64,000 nucleotides of DNA from assembly GCF_001194135.2 (NCBI RefSeq), contig NC_068997.1, positions 5,843,086-5,907,085 on the forward strand. Reading direction: 5' to 3'. The position numbers and the translations under genes were made by a program. The DNA comes from Octopus bimaculoides. Its lineage: Eukaryota. Below the pieces are notes generated by a model, which worked only from the letters and a program-made list of their open reading frames with translations, had not been told where the DNA came from and made no database searches. This document shows positions 24,330 through 36,432 of the stretch, in pieces (position 1 is the first letter of the stretch; every line of letters starts with the position of its first letter).

Positions 24330-24625
24330 TTTCAGATTCTACCTGGTGGTTATGGTTCATGTTCAGTTTGAAGATGGTATTCTAAAAGTTCGCAGTTGTG
24401 GAGCAGAAAGACTGGAGGGGAGGAATGTTTCCTGTGGATAATGAAAGATGAGGTGCAGTAAGAGTGGATATAAAAAGAAAGATTAATATAGATGGAAGGG
24501 ATTAGGCAGTTAGCTACTTGAAGAGGCTGTTGTAGTTGCAATAGAAGAAAGGAGACACTGTGTTTGTATGCAAGATATTGTAATAGTTCATGTGTGAATC
24601 TTTGCTAATCAATCTTATGACCTTC
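24330..24625 (-). pseudogene. CR1/L2/Jockey-like LINE ORF2 C-terminal remnant
   Basis: Minus frame VIRLI..VSPFFYCNYNSLFK*..QSFCSTTANF*NTIFKLNMNH resembles the ends of such ORF2s (SLFYRYYNG..SFFPRT..WNSL..FKSNIN). Confidence 0.4.
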
Positions 24626-24886
24626 TTTTGAATGTGTGTGTGTTGTAGATTGACTGAATTGTTACGGTTATTTGGCAATCGAGAGGTCCCATATCAATTC
24701 TGCTGCATGGCATCTTGCTGTCTTTTAGTGTAACTGCAGGGTAATTCAAACTCCTGGAATGAAATTAGGCCAACGGATACTGTGTCAAAGCCAAGCAGAT
24801 GGACTGGGCCTGAAATTCGAAAGGTATTACCTTCCTTGTCACATGCTGTGTGTGTTATGTTGATTCTACCTGAGGGTTACGTTTGA

Positions 24887-25131
24887 TTAGCATTCAAACC
24901 AGCCATATCTGGCAGCGCCAATATTATACCTGTTTTATGTTCAAACTGGCCAGATCTGGTCTCTCACACCTATCCTATCATATCATTCTATAAGTAAACA
25001 ACCACATCATCAAAATCCCAAAGCTATGAGAAAATTAATTCAAGATCCCAAAGCTACAAGATAACGATTAATTCAAAACAGTATGAATGAGTGTTACATT
25101 TGGCAAAGTAATCTGAATACTAAAGAGTTAA
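24887..25131. mobile_element. piggyBac-type MITE, family 2 (left end degraded)
   Basis: Right end ctgaatactaaagag-TTAA; left end ttagcattcaaacc is a partial inverted match. Internal duplication of atcccaaagcta..attaattcaa at ~25011-25080. Confidence 0.55.
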
Positions 25132-25518
25132 GTGTGCATGTGTCTGGAATTCTCAATTACTTACATTAATTCAAGGCGTTTCCTACTTTGGTTGGTCAAA
25201 CAACTGGATTCACTCTGATAACATCATTGGAGGTCTATTGAAATTCAGTGTGTGTGTGTGTGTGTGTGTGGCAGTGGTGCCGTCATGTGAGTAGTACTCT
25301 GACGAAGAGCTTATTCAGTAATGTAACAGAGAGTAGGTTTCCACCCTGGATAATGCTTTTAGTGTGACACTTTTGTGTCTGTTGTGTAAGACTATAGACT
25401 CGGTGCCCGGAAGGATGGGATGGGCAAACTTGAGAACTGCCATGGGTGGCACACACTCAGGATATGTTACTGGTCTTATTTTAAATGACATATCTACACA
25501 AGTGTGCCCCCCCTCCAA

Positions 25519-25766
25519 CTTTGTTTCCTCATAACTTCTAGAAAAATGGATATCTTTTAATGAAAGTATCTACAAATACTCTTCAGATAGTGCAGATTCT
25601 GATTATATTAGAATTTATTGTGAAATTTTTTTTCCTGAGGGTGGAGAGAGGAGTTTCAGAAAATTCACTAAAGTTGGCTTTGTTTCCTCATAACTTGCAT
25701 AAATTTTTCTTTTTAATGAAATTTACTACAAATACCCTTCAGATGCTGTAGATTGATTACGATTTT
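25519..25766. repeat. Direct repeat pair of ~90 bp, period ~158 bp
   Basis: ctttgtttcctcataactt..ttttaatgaaa..tacaaatac.cttcagat occurs at 25519 and 25677. Confidence 0.75.
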
Positions 25767-26331
25767 GAAAAAATAAAATTGTCTGGCACACATAGATACA
25801 TACTGACACATATCACAATTTTTTAAAGAAATTTCAAGTTTCATTTTGGGGACTATAGGTGACAAAACAAAAACTGCCAGAAAGAAAATAACAAACAACT
25901 TAAAACAAAACCCCCAAAATTATTATTTTTTTTTTTTTTAATATTTTTTTGTTCTTTTTAAAAATGTGAGGTAGAAGATAATGTAAGAGTATGTGTATGT
26001 AGATTTAGGTATGTGCATGTAGTTGTGTATATTTGTAGTTGTGTATGTATACTTATGTATATGTGTGTACATTTGTGTGTATGACTGTGTATATATGTTT
26101 ATGTGTGTATGGTTGTGTGTATGTGTGTGTATATATATATATGTATATATAGTTGTTTATATGTATGTGTGTGTGTGTATTTTGTGACCTTTGATTTAGT
26201 TTGTGTAGAGGTTACAGGTTTCTTTTTTCTAGTTTTTTTCCTAAAATGTTGTTTGACCTTTCTAATTATTCACTGTTAAAAGTGGGAAACTCTCCCATTA
26301 AAAAAACTTTGTTCTGATTCCTTTCTCACAG

Positions 26332-26395
26332 GATGTGATTGGCTTGGAGGGAATTAATTACAGACAATTCCTACACAGTTGAAACTGCTGAAATG
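26332..26395 (+). other. Candidate non-coding (5'UTR) exon, 64 nt
   Basis: Acceptor tttgttctgattcctttctcacAG and donor ATG|gtaaac. All three frames contain stops. Confidence 0.35.
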
Positions 26396-27069
26396 GTAAA
26401 CAGCTGTTTACTGATAAATGTTGCTGTACATGTGTGTGTATGCATATATATACACATGTACACAATGCATATTCATTAATGCCTGAGCAGATGTGGTGGT
26501 ATGTTAGTGTACAAAAGTTACTCTTTTGTTGTAGAGCTTTTGTATTGTGAGAAGACTGATGCACTTCTCCTCCCATGTCTCTCTTTAATCTTTTTCACAC
26601 TTTATATATATATATATATGTGTGTGTGTATGCCAGTGTATGTTTGTAAATATATGTATATATTGTATATTTTATGTTTTAGATATATATATATATATAT
26701 ATGCATATGTATGTCCATTGTGTGTATGATATTTTTGTGTGGAAATATGTGTATACACATGAGTTTATATACATACTCACATGTATATGTAATAGAAATG
26801 TGTGTGTGTGTTTATATATATACACACACATACACCCACACATACATGCACAAATCTCTCATGCACACACACACACACTCAGAGCTAGTTCTTCTCTGGT
26901 GTTAATTAACTTAGAACTGCAACCCAATAATAGTTAATATAATTAGGTACAACAAACGTGATTCTGAGGTTAATTCTATAATAGGATGGGGGTGGGGGGT
27001 AGGCGGGGGTGATCACAGCACTATTGAGTGTTAACTACTTTTGGAATAATTAGTCACTGTTGCTGTGGA

Positions 27070-28560
27070 TTGGCAGAATGATATAAGATAAATTGCCTTG
27101 TGGTATTTAGTTACAGCTCTTTATGATCTGAGTTCAAATTCCTTTCATCCTTCCAAGGTATCTAAGAATCCAGAATTTCTGATTGGCAGGGTCTCTCTTC
27201 CATCTTAATATCATCAATGTTTCCATCGAGCTCAACTTTGCCTTTTGTCCTTCCAAGGTATCTAAGAGTTCAGGATTTCTGATTGGCTGGATCTCACCCC
27301 CACTCTTAATATTGCCATTGTTTTTCAAGAAAAACGTAAAGGAGGATACATTTTGGTATCTCTGTTGTGGCAGGAGAATTCAGAATGGAAGAAATACTGC
27401 AAGGAATTTTTGTCCAGTGTATTAGCAATTCTAACAATTCAATGTTCTGGCGGAATCATTAGCATGTTGAACAAAATGCTTAGCAACGTTTCTTCCAGCT
27501 TTTTATATTCTGAGTTCAAATCCCACCGAGGTCAACTTTGCCTTTCATCCCTTCGAGATTGATAAAATAGAATAAATACCAGGCTTAAAAAAAAGTACTA
27601 TTGTTGATTCAGTCAACTAAAAATTCTTCAAGGCAGTGCACCAGCATGGCCACAGTTCAATGACTGAAATAAGTAAAAGATAAACTGAAATGAAAACTAC
27701 AAGGCATTTTGCCCATTTTTCTAATGCTGTGGGTAAACTGCTCTAATAAGAAATATGAGTAAATGATGATGATATAAGTGTTTCTGTTTTAGGCAGTTTT
27801 GAGGGGAGGGTTAGATGATAACATCAATCCCAGTATTTGGTCAGTATTTTATTTTATTGACCTTGAAAGGACAGAAGGCAGAAGTTGATAGTGATGGGAT
27901 TTGAACTCAAAATGTAAAGGGCTGAAATATAATTGTTTTAGACATGGGTACATGGCTTGAAATTTGGTGGAAGGAGCTTTGTTGAAACCATCATTTCCAG
28001 TACTTGACTGATACTTTATTTCATTGATCCTCAAAAGAAAGAAAGGCAAAGTTGACTTCAGCAGTATTTGAACACAAAATGTAAAGAATTAGAACAAATA
28101 CTGAAAGACATTTTTTCCCTCTTGGGCTAGTGATTCTACCAATCCATCACCTTAAAAGAACTAGAGTATAAATGGTTTCAAATTTTGGCACAGGGCCAGC
28201 AATTTCAGGGGTGGGTGGATAAGTCAATCACATCAACCCCAGTGAGCAACTAGTGCTTATTTCATTGACTCCAAAAGGATGAAAGGCAAAGTTGACCTTG
28301 GTGAAATTTGAACTCAGAGCTTGAAAACAGGTGAAAAACTACTAAGCATTTTACCCAGCATGCTAACAATTCTGCCAGCTCGCTGCCTTAGAACTGGGAT
28401 ATAATAATAGTTATAATTATTTCTGATTTAGACACAAAGCCAGTAATTTTGAGGAAAGGGGTTTTGTTGATCACAGAAAGATGAAAGCCAAAGTTAATGT
28501 TAGCAGAATTTGAACTGAGAATATAAAGAGCTGAAATAAATATTGCAAGGCATTTTGTTT
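27070..28560. mobile_element. Cluster of family-A SINE copies (plus at ~27070-27310 and 27445-27580; minus at ~27780-28140, 28172-28390 and 28420-28560)
   Basis: The motif ctgagttcaaat..gtcaactttgcctttcatcc or its reverse complement recurs. Confidence 0.7.
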
Positions 28561-28651
28561 CATGCTCTCACAACGATATATATAACAACAGTATCATAAT
28601 TTTGTTGCCATCTGTAATTTTTTGTTGTAGTTTACCTTCATTAATTTATGC

Positions 28652-29685
28652 AAATTGTGTTACCTAGGCGACCAAGTCTGTAGTAGTGGTGGTGGCTGCT
28701 CTGAGAGTGTAGTGACTAGAGTAAGAATAGCCCGGGCAAAGTTCAGAGAGCTCCTACCTTTGCTGGCAATTAAGTTCAGGGAGCTCCTACCTCTGCTGGC
28801 TCAGGTAGACTGTATGATTCATGTGTGTGAACTGCCATGCTACATGGCTGTGAAACATGGGTCATAAATGCTGAGGACATGCATAGGCTTGAAAGAAATG
28901 AAGCTAGTATGATCCACTGGATGTGTTATATCAGTGTGCACACACAAGAGAGTGTAAGTGCCCTGAGAGAAAAGTTGGGCACAAGAAGCATCAAATGTGG
29001 TGTACAAGTAAGGCATCTGCGCTGGTATAGTCATGTTATGTATGAATGAAGACAGCTGTCTGAGGAAGTGCCACTCCCTAACTGTAGAAGGAACCTGTGG
29101 AAGAGGTAGACCCAGGAAGACATGGTATGAGGTGGTGAAACATGACCTTCGAACACTGGGCCTCACAAAGGCAATGACAGGAGTCCGGGACCTTTGGAGA
29201 TATGCTGTGATTGAGAAGACCCAGCAACTAAAATGAGATGGCAGCCACACATATCCAGGCCTGATGCGTCGGGCAATATGATATGGTTGAGAAGACATGT
29301 TGACTCAAGTAAAACCAATATCGTAGCTGTGGCCATTGCCCCCTGACTAGCTCCCATGCCGGTGGCATGTAAAAGGCACCATCTGAATGTGGCTGATGCC
29401 AGGTCCGCCTGACCGGCTCTTGTGCCAGTGGCACATAAAAAGCACCATCCGAATGTGATTGATGCCAGGCCCACCTGACTGGCTCCTGTGCTGGTGACAC
29501 GTAAAAAGCACCCACTGCACTCTCAGAGTAGCTGGTGTTAGGAACGGCATCCAGCTGTAGAAACATTGTCAGATCAGATTGGTGCCTGGTGCAGCTGCTG
29601 GCTCTCCAGTCCTCAGTCAAACCACCCAACCCATGCCAGCATGGAAAATGGATATTAAACAAGGATGATGATGATGATGAAGTTA
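28652..29685 (+). mobile_element. 5'-truncated RTE-clade LINE: ORF2 C-terminus, 3'UTR and (GAT)n tail
   Basis: CYLGDQV..GGGCSESVVTRVRIARAKFRELLPLL / MLHGCETW..LERNEASMIHWMC..LREKLG..RHLRWYSHVM / EGTCGRGRPRKTWYEVVKHDL..LWRYAV, in three frames because of frameshifts. This is followed by tandem UTR modules and catgccagcatggaaaatggatattaaa..gatgatgat. Confidence 0.92.
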
Positions 29686-29892
29686 ACCACTGAATGGATA
29701 AAATTGGGTTAAATATTTTAATTAAACTGTGAAGCTTAGTATTGCATTTATTTGTCATTGTGTATGTTAAATCCTTCTTATTGATATTTTTCAGCAGAAT
29801 TATACTGACTATGCATTTCAATTAATGAAGGTTTAAAAACAATCAAGACTTTAGGAGTGGGTTCAGTCTCTAACAGCTAACATCTTTATTAA

Positions 29893-30329
29893 TACTTTTG
29901 TTACCATATTTCTGTTAAAACACACTGCCCTTATTTCAATTACTCTTTGAATGTAATGAAGTATTTTGCAAAATAGCTTTGTCCATTATTCAGCTGGTAT
30001 TTGGAACGGAAATTAGCAGGGAAGTTTTAACTTAGATCACATTAACCCTTTTCATACCAACCCACCTGTGACTGCCCTTGGTTTTATGATATGAATTTTA
30101 TGCTTTAAGGTAATCTCAAATAAAACTCTCCATCAAAATTCAATTTTAATTTATGTTCCAAACCAGCTTAATAATGACATTATTTTACTAAATTCTTCAT
30201 TATTTCCAGAATTAATTGAAACAAAAGCAGTGTATTTCAACAGAAATATGGTAACAAAAGGGTTAAGATGGGAAGCTTGTATAATAGAAAAGAGTTAGTC
30301 TCAGGTAGTGGGTAGGTGGGTGGGGTATA
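29893..30329 (-). mobile_element. Older piggyBac-type MITE copy, interrupted by a younger copy of the same family
   Basis: 29889-30030 is a diverged reverse complement of 30120-30266. The match resumes after 30266 (agtctcaggtag..). TTAA at 29889 and 30330. Confidence 0.6.
30046..30262 (+). mobile_element. piggyBac-type MITE (217 bp) with TTAA target-site duplication
   Basis: TTAA-cccttttcatacca ... tggtaacaaaaggg-TTAA. A third copy lies at ~48581-48760. Confidence 0.85.
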
Positions 30330-31625
30330 TTAAAATGGTAAAATTAATGTTCGGCACATAACATAATGGGGAAAAAAAATGGTTCTCGCATAAAATTATT
30401 GTAGAGCATTTAAATTCAAAGAATCACTTTAGAATGAGCAGTTTTGTGTAATAGAGGCAAGGGCGGTCTCAGGCGTGTTGGCTTCAAAGAGTTAAATAAC
30501 ATTGACACAGGCTATTTTATGGTTCATAACTTGGCTTTTCGCCATTAAAAATTTGGAATATATTTCCAACAGATTCCAATTTGTTTTTCAGACTCTCTTT
30601 ACTTTCTCTGTTTTATCAAGACAGTTTCTTTTTTTTTTTTTTTGCATGTTGAAAATTTTAAATAGAATTTATTGAGGAATTTGTTTTTTTTAAAAAAGTT
30701 TTTGACATTTTTTTTCTATAAGTTGTTGACAGAATTAAAAATCTGACAAACAGCTTGTTTAATAATTAGTTTAAGCTTATGTTCAAGGAAAAAGAATTAA
30801 CAAAAAAGAAAAAAACAACAAAAGACAAAAAAAAAGAAAATTATAAATAGTTTACATATTATTTGCATAATTCCAAAATGTATTCATAATTTTCTGAAGT
30901 AAAATAAAAAAAAATAAATTTGAAAAGAAAATCAGTTTGAAATTTGTTTATAACATTTAAGTGGTCTTAACTTACTTAATGGCTGTTGTTGTTTAACCCC
31001 AGGCCAATCCTGACCAAGTAGATCTAAGGATCAAAGTTGTTCCAGTGATGATCATTCTACCTCTTGTTCTTAGACATAGTGTCTTAGATTACATTATCCA
31101 GTGTATCGTTCCATTTATTTTAAACAGTTCATTGTGATTTGAGGGAGATTTGGCTACTATTTCTAGCTAAGGAGGTGTCATGTAGAGGATCTGTTTTCAG
31201 CTCTGTACAAATTTGCTTTATTTGATTAGCACAGTTGGTTCAGACACGATAGTACATATAAGAGTTACTGGGGAAGTTACTTGTGACATACAATTTCCTA
31301 TCCAGGGGCAGTTGAAATTTACTTGATGTTTATTTTGAAAACATTAAGCCAATGCTGATCAATGACTTTTACCAATCCTTTGACATTTCTGCAGGTATTT
31401 TCATATTGGCATCAGCTGCATATTTGCTCAAAGAAAATATGGTGAAAAATCAGAAATTGTTTTGATGGATCAGAGAAAAAACACAAGGGTGGATGTTAAA
31501 ACACTACTGAGAATGCTAATGATGGTGGTGGTGAGGCTGATAAAAATGGTGATTATGATACTGATGAGAGGATGATGGAAATTATGATGATTTTTAGCAA
31601 CATGGTGAGGATGATAATAGTTTCC

Positions 31626-31657
<32 letters not shown>

Positions 31658-32580
31658 AGCAAAGCTGATTGTAAGCAGGATGAAAATGAAAGTAATAATG
31701 ATAGTGATAATGGTGTTGATGATGATGTCTTAGTATGTTAAGCATTGATTGAAAATGAGAAAAAAATAATTCCTTTATGCTTTTATGCAAAAGAAAACGT
31801 TACAAAAAGAAACGAAGCAAAAAGAGAACAAAAAGCAACCACCAAACACTTGATGAAACAGCTTGTCTAACAAAAAAACAAAACAAAAAAAAACCAATAA
31901 CGAAAGTCAAATCTCAACAAACATGAAAGCTATCAAAGGATTCAGTTGAAGCCCTTTTAAGTCTATAGTTCCTGGCAGTATTGTGTAATGGCTACAGCTA
32001 GATCTGCAGTTATCTACATATGTATAATTATACATACATACATACACACATACATACATACATATCACTATGAATAACTACAGACCTACCAACCTAACTA
32101 CCCACATACATATCTATCTACCTATAGACCTATTCGCATACATAGAACTATAGTTATAGACACATAGATACATATATACTTACATATCTATTGTATAGTA
32201 ATGCCCTTATATAAATATCTATATACCCTTATAGCCCTTCCTATATACATAGAGCTATAGTTATAATTATATAGGTACATTTATATAGATGTTCATACAT
32301 ATATACCTACCTGTACATCTAACTGCATGCCCAGAGCTAGAGCTGCATTTACCTATTTTGATATCTACCTCTGTACTTATAACTAGAGCTATGTACCCAC
32401 ATACACACATATAGACATACATATATATTCATATACACACATGTACATGCATACATGCATATAGACATACATCTATACGTATATGTATGCTAACTTGATG
32501 ACGTCTTTTTGGTCTAGAAAGGAACACAGGATATTCCAGTTGAAATTTTGAACTTCTGCATTTCTGTGTATTTCTTGTTT

Positions 32581-32622
32581 TGAACATGAAGAAGACAAGA
32601 CACTCTGTCAAAATATTGTTCA
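32581..32622 (+). ncRNA. Degenerate minimal type-I hammerhead ribozyme motif
   Basis: TGAAC-aTGAAGA-a-GACA-agacactc-TGTC-aAAA-ta-T-T-GTTCA. Helix I is a perfect 5 bp and helix II is 4 bp; C3 and G12 are substituted. AATAAA lies immediately downstream. Confidence 0.45.
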
Positions 32623-32694
32623 GTTCAATAAACCATGTGTTTTATTATTGATCACTTTGTGCTCTTTTTATTGTATTTACCTTCGTGAAGCGTT

Positions 32695-32920
32695 ATGCCA
32701 GAAGTGTCAGCATGCTGGATAAAATGCTTAAGGGCATTTCTTCTGGTTTTTTGTTCTAAGTGCAAATCCCACCAAAGTTGACATTGCCTTTCATCTTTTC
32801 AAGGTTGATAAGATATTACATGTCAGGCACTGAGGTTGATGTAATCAACTATCCTCCTCTTTTCCCATACACACACACACACACAATTTCAAGCCTTGTG
32901 CCTATAGTAGAAAGAATTAT
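32695..32920 (+). mobile_element. Family-A SINE
   Basis: gccagaagtgtcagcatgctggataaaatgctta..gcctttcatcttttc..ccttgtgcctatagtagaaagaattatcatt. Confidence 0.75.
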
Positions 32921-34229
32921 CATTATTATTATTTGAAGGTGCAAGTTCTTATATCGTTTCTCTGAATTTCATGTTACTAATATTACAATCAATTAATGAA
33001 GGGAAGCAGTGTGATAATACATAAGCAAAAATACACATAAACACATCAAAATATCATTAACCACAAAAAAACTTGTTAGAATGCATCACACATTCATCTA
33101 TTCACATGCAAAAACAATTAGCATTTTCAAGTCTAAAATAATATATACGTATTTATGTAAAATTTATGTAAAACACATAAACGCATAAAAGCATGCAAAA
33201 TTTTTTTGCATGTAGAAGAATTATATAACGTGCCATGTTTGTGCACATAGAACGTTTAATTAAATGAATGTCTCAAGACACATATCGCCTGTTGTATGTA
33301 TAACAATTAGATGGAGGATTGTGTGACCCATTTTACAAAGATTTTTTGGCGACCAGTCAAATCTTGATAAGTAATTGTACTTTGATGTTTATAAATATTT
33401 TTCCTGTATATGTCAGGGTGATTCCCTTGATCAACTGGTTTAATAATCAACTGGTGCTCAGAGTAGTGATTTTTATAAGCTTCAGCATCTGATAAAATAT
33501 GCACACTAATTTATGCATTGCGTACTTTTTCATTGCAAACACAAATGTTCAGCTATCTATCTATGCACCTTCCCATTCTTTGTGTCTGAAAGTAAAGGTG
33601 AAAGCAAAATAATTTAATTGCAAACAGACATCATCATCGTCGTTGTTATTCATCAGAGCCTTAAAGTGCATATGAATTTCATATTGTAGTAACAATACCA
33701 TTAACTCCTATACCATGGGTTTGTTGTACAAGTGGCAGGGGTAGGGGGATGATGATTGTGAGAAGCTAGTTGTTTATGCCTTCATGTGTGTGTGAGTGTG
33801 TGCTTGGATATGTATGTAAGCATGTGTAGGGGTGATTTCAATAAAATTCTTTGGCTTTTCACAATTCTATTTTAATCTTTAATGGCTTTCATCCACTCAA
33901 AATGGAATTAATTTCTGAACAATTCAGCAGAAACTATTGAAAAACGAAAAAATATTAAAAAAAAGGAAAGATTTGAAACAGTCAGATCTTTTGTATGTGA
34001 GTGTGCACATGTGTGTATGTATGTATATATGTATGTATGCATATATGCATGTGTATAATGTATTTCTGAATACACTCACACACACACGTTTACTATAGAC
34101 ATGCACATATTTATGTATGTATGTTATAAAAAGCTATTTGGTGCCACTTTAATTGTTGGTACTCTGAGTTTCTTGTTGTCAGTTAAGCTCAAAGTAATGA
34201 TTAAGCAGCTCCATAAATGTTCATCAATC

Positions 34230-34260
<31 letters not shown>

Positions 34261-34906
34261 ATATTCAACACATTGCTCTTTATGAAGTGAAACTTCAAAA
34301 TCCACTGATTATTATTATTATTTTCACATTATATTCTATCATCATCATCATCATGGCTACCATGTCTATTATCATTATTATTATTAGTAGTATTTAATCT
34401 TGCAAAAACTGAAAAAAAAACAAAAAAAAAACAGACTGAATTAAAAAATTATTTTTTATTTTATCTATTTGTTTCTTGCCTCCTGTAAGTATAAAAGTAG
34501 GGAGAGAGAGAGCGAGAGAGAAGCAAATGGAGGGATGTTTGAAGTGAAGAAGTGTGAGCCATATCTCTAACATTGGAATCATTTTAAAGATTTCCGTAAA
34601 ATATGTATTGAATTCAGAAAATTCACCTTGAAATATAAACTGGGTCACATAATTTTTTTGCTCTCTTTTAAATTTTTTTACATTTACAACTTTTTGTATA
34701 GCATGTAAATGTTTATAGATGCTTTTATATAGTTATATATGCATATATATGTATATATATGTGTGTGTGTATGCATGTACTTTTCATGTGTACATGAAAG
34801 TGTGTGTGACAGTCAATAAATATCTAACAAGTTATTTACAGTTTATTTTTACCAAACCGGAGTGCTTACTTTAGTATGTATGTATGTATGTATGTGTGTG
34901 TATCTG

Positions 34907-34944
<38 letters not shown>

Positions 34945-34954
34945 NNNNNNNNNN
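34945..34954. other. Assembly gap (N run)
   Basis: 10 N after a (TA)n run. Confidence 1.
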
Positions 34955-35097
34955 TTATCATTTTGTCCATGTTTTTTTGCAACGTCATGTACCCAGATAT
35001 GCATCTATATATACATGTAGATGAAGGTATGTACATACATGTACATATATATATATATGCATATACTCATATATTATATATATATATATATATATAT

Positions 35098-35476
35098 ACT
35101 AGCTGTTGGACTTGGCGTTGCTCGTGTTTTCCGTGTTGAAGATAAGCCCACCTTTGATCTTGTATTAAATAAGTATTTCCTTAGAGACTATTCTATCGAT
35201 TTTGTTGAAATTTTACACTTGAAAAAATGCAAAAGTTGCAGGAAAAATAACATTATTTTGGAAATTTCCATTCAAACGCCCGATTGAGCTCACAAAAATC
35301 GATGCCAACTGTGCATTATCAAGTTTTCGAAAAATTCTGGCCTTATTTGAACTTCAGGGCATGTGATCTACCGATGTGCCAAAAATCATTAACAGTGTGG
35401 GAGGAGTTAAAACAACCCCAAACACAAACACAGAGACACCATTACACATTTATATGTATATATATATATATATATA
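35098..35476 (-). mobile_element. Non-autonomous Helitron-like element
   Basis: The minus strand starts ctatatata..aatgtgtaatggtgtctctgtgtttgtgtt and ends acgagcaacgccaagtccaacag-CTAG-T, i.e. a decayed GC-rich subterminal hairpin plus a CTAG end. No target-site duplication. Confidence 0.65.
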
Positions 35477-35606
35477 GTTAAAGTATCTTAAAAGGATGAA
35501 ACTATTAGTTGCTTTTTGGTTGTGTATCAAATTGATACTTATCTTCCTCTGGATGCAATATTTTTTTTGTTGATTCTACCTATATTGGATCTACAAACTA
35601 TATATA

Positions 35607-36352
35607 GTGAAAGCACATGGCTTAGTAGTTAGGGTATTCGGCTCATGATCATAAGGTCATGAGTTCACTTCCCGGTGATGCGTTATGTCCTTGAGCAAGA
35701 CACTTTATTTCATGTTGCTCCAGTCTACTCACCTGGCAAAAATGAGTTGTTACACCTGTATTTCAAAGGGCCAGCCTTGTCACACTCTGTGTCACACTGA
35801 ATCTTCTTGAGGACTATGTTAAGGGTACACGTGTCTGTGGAGTGCTCAGCCACTTGCATGTTAATTTCATGAGCAAGCTGTTCCGTTGATCGTATCAGCC
35901 AGGATCCTCATCATCGTAACCAACAGAGTGCTCCTATATATATATGTATATATATGCGTAAGAGTGGCTGTGTGGTAAGTAGCTTGCTTACCAACCACAT
36001 GTTTCCGGGTTCATTCCCACTGCGTGGCAACTTGGGCAAGTGTCTTCTACTGTAGCCTTGGGCCGACCAAAGCCCTTGTGAGTGGATTTGGTAGACGGAA
36101 ACTGAAAGAAGCCTGTCGTATATATGTGTATATATATATGTGTGTGTATGTTTGTGTGTCTGTGTTTGTCCCCCCCAACATCGCTTGACAACCGATGGTG
36201 GTATGTTTACGTCCCTGTAACTTTGCAGTTCGGCAAAAGAGACCAATAGAATAAGTACTAGGCTTACAAAGAATAAGTCCTGGGGTCGATTTGCTCGACT
36301 AAAGGTGGTGCTCCAGCATGGCCACAGTCAAATAACTGAAACAAGCAAAAGA
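35607..36352 (+). mobile_element. Family-D SINE followed by a well-preserved family-B SINE
   Basis: D at 35607-35935 and B at 35962-36352, with A-box gtggctgtgtggtaag and B-box gggttcattccc. B retains many CpGs. Confidence 0.85.
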
Positions 36353-36399
36353 GTATATATGTATGTATATATATATATGTGTGTGTATATATATGTGTG

Positions 36400-36432
<33 letters not shown>

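Noticed and set aside
25299-25320. CTGACGA-A-GAGC half hammerhead
   Set aside because: The complementary GCTC-GAAA half is absent.
31395-31441. Possible exon after tttctgcAG (IFILASAAYLLKENM)
   Set aside because: Weak donor (gtgaaa) and no other support.
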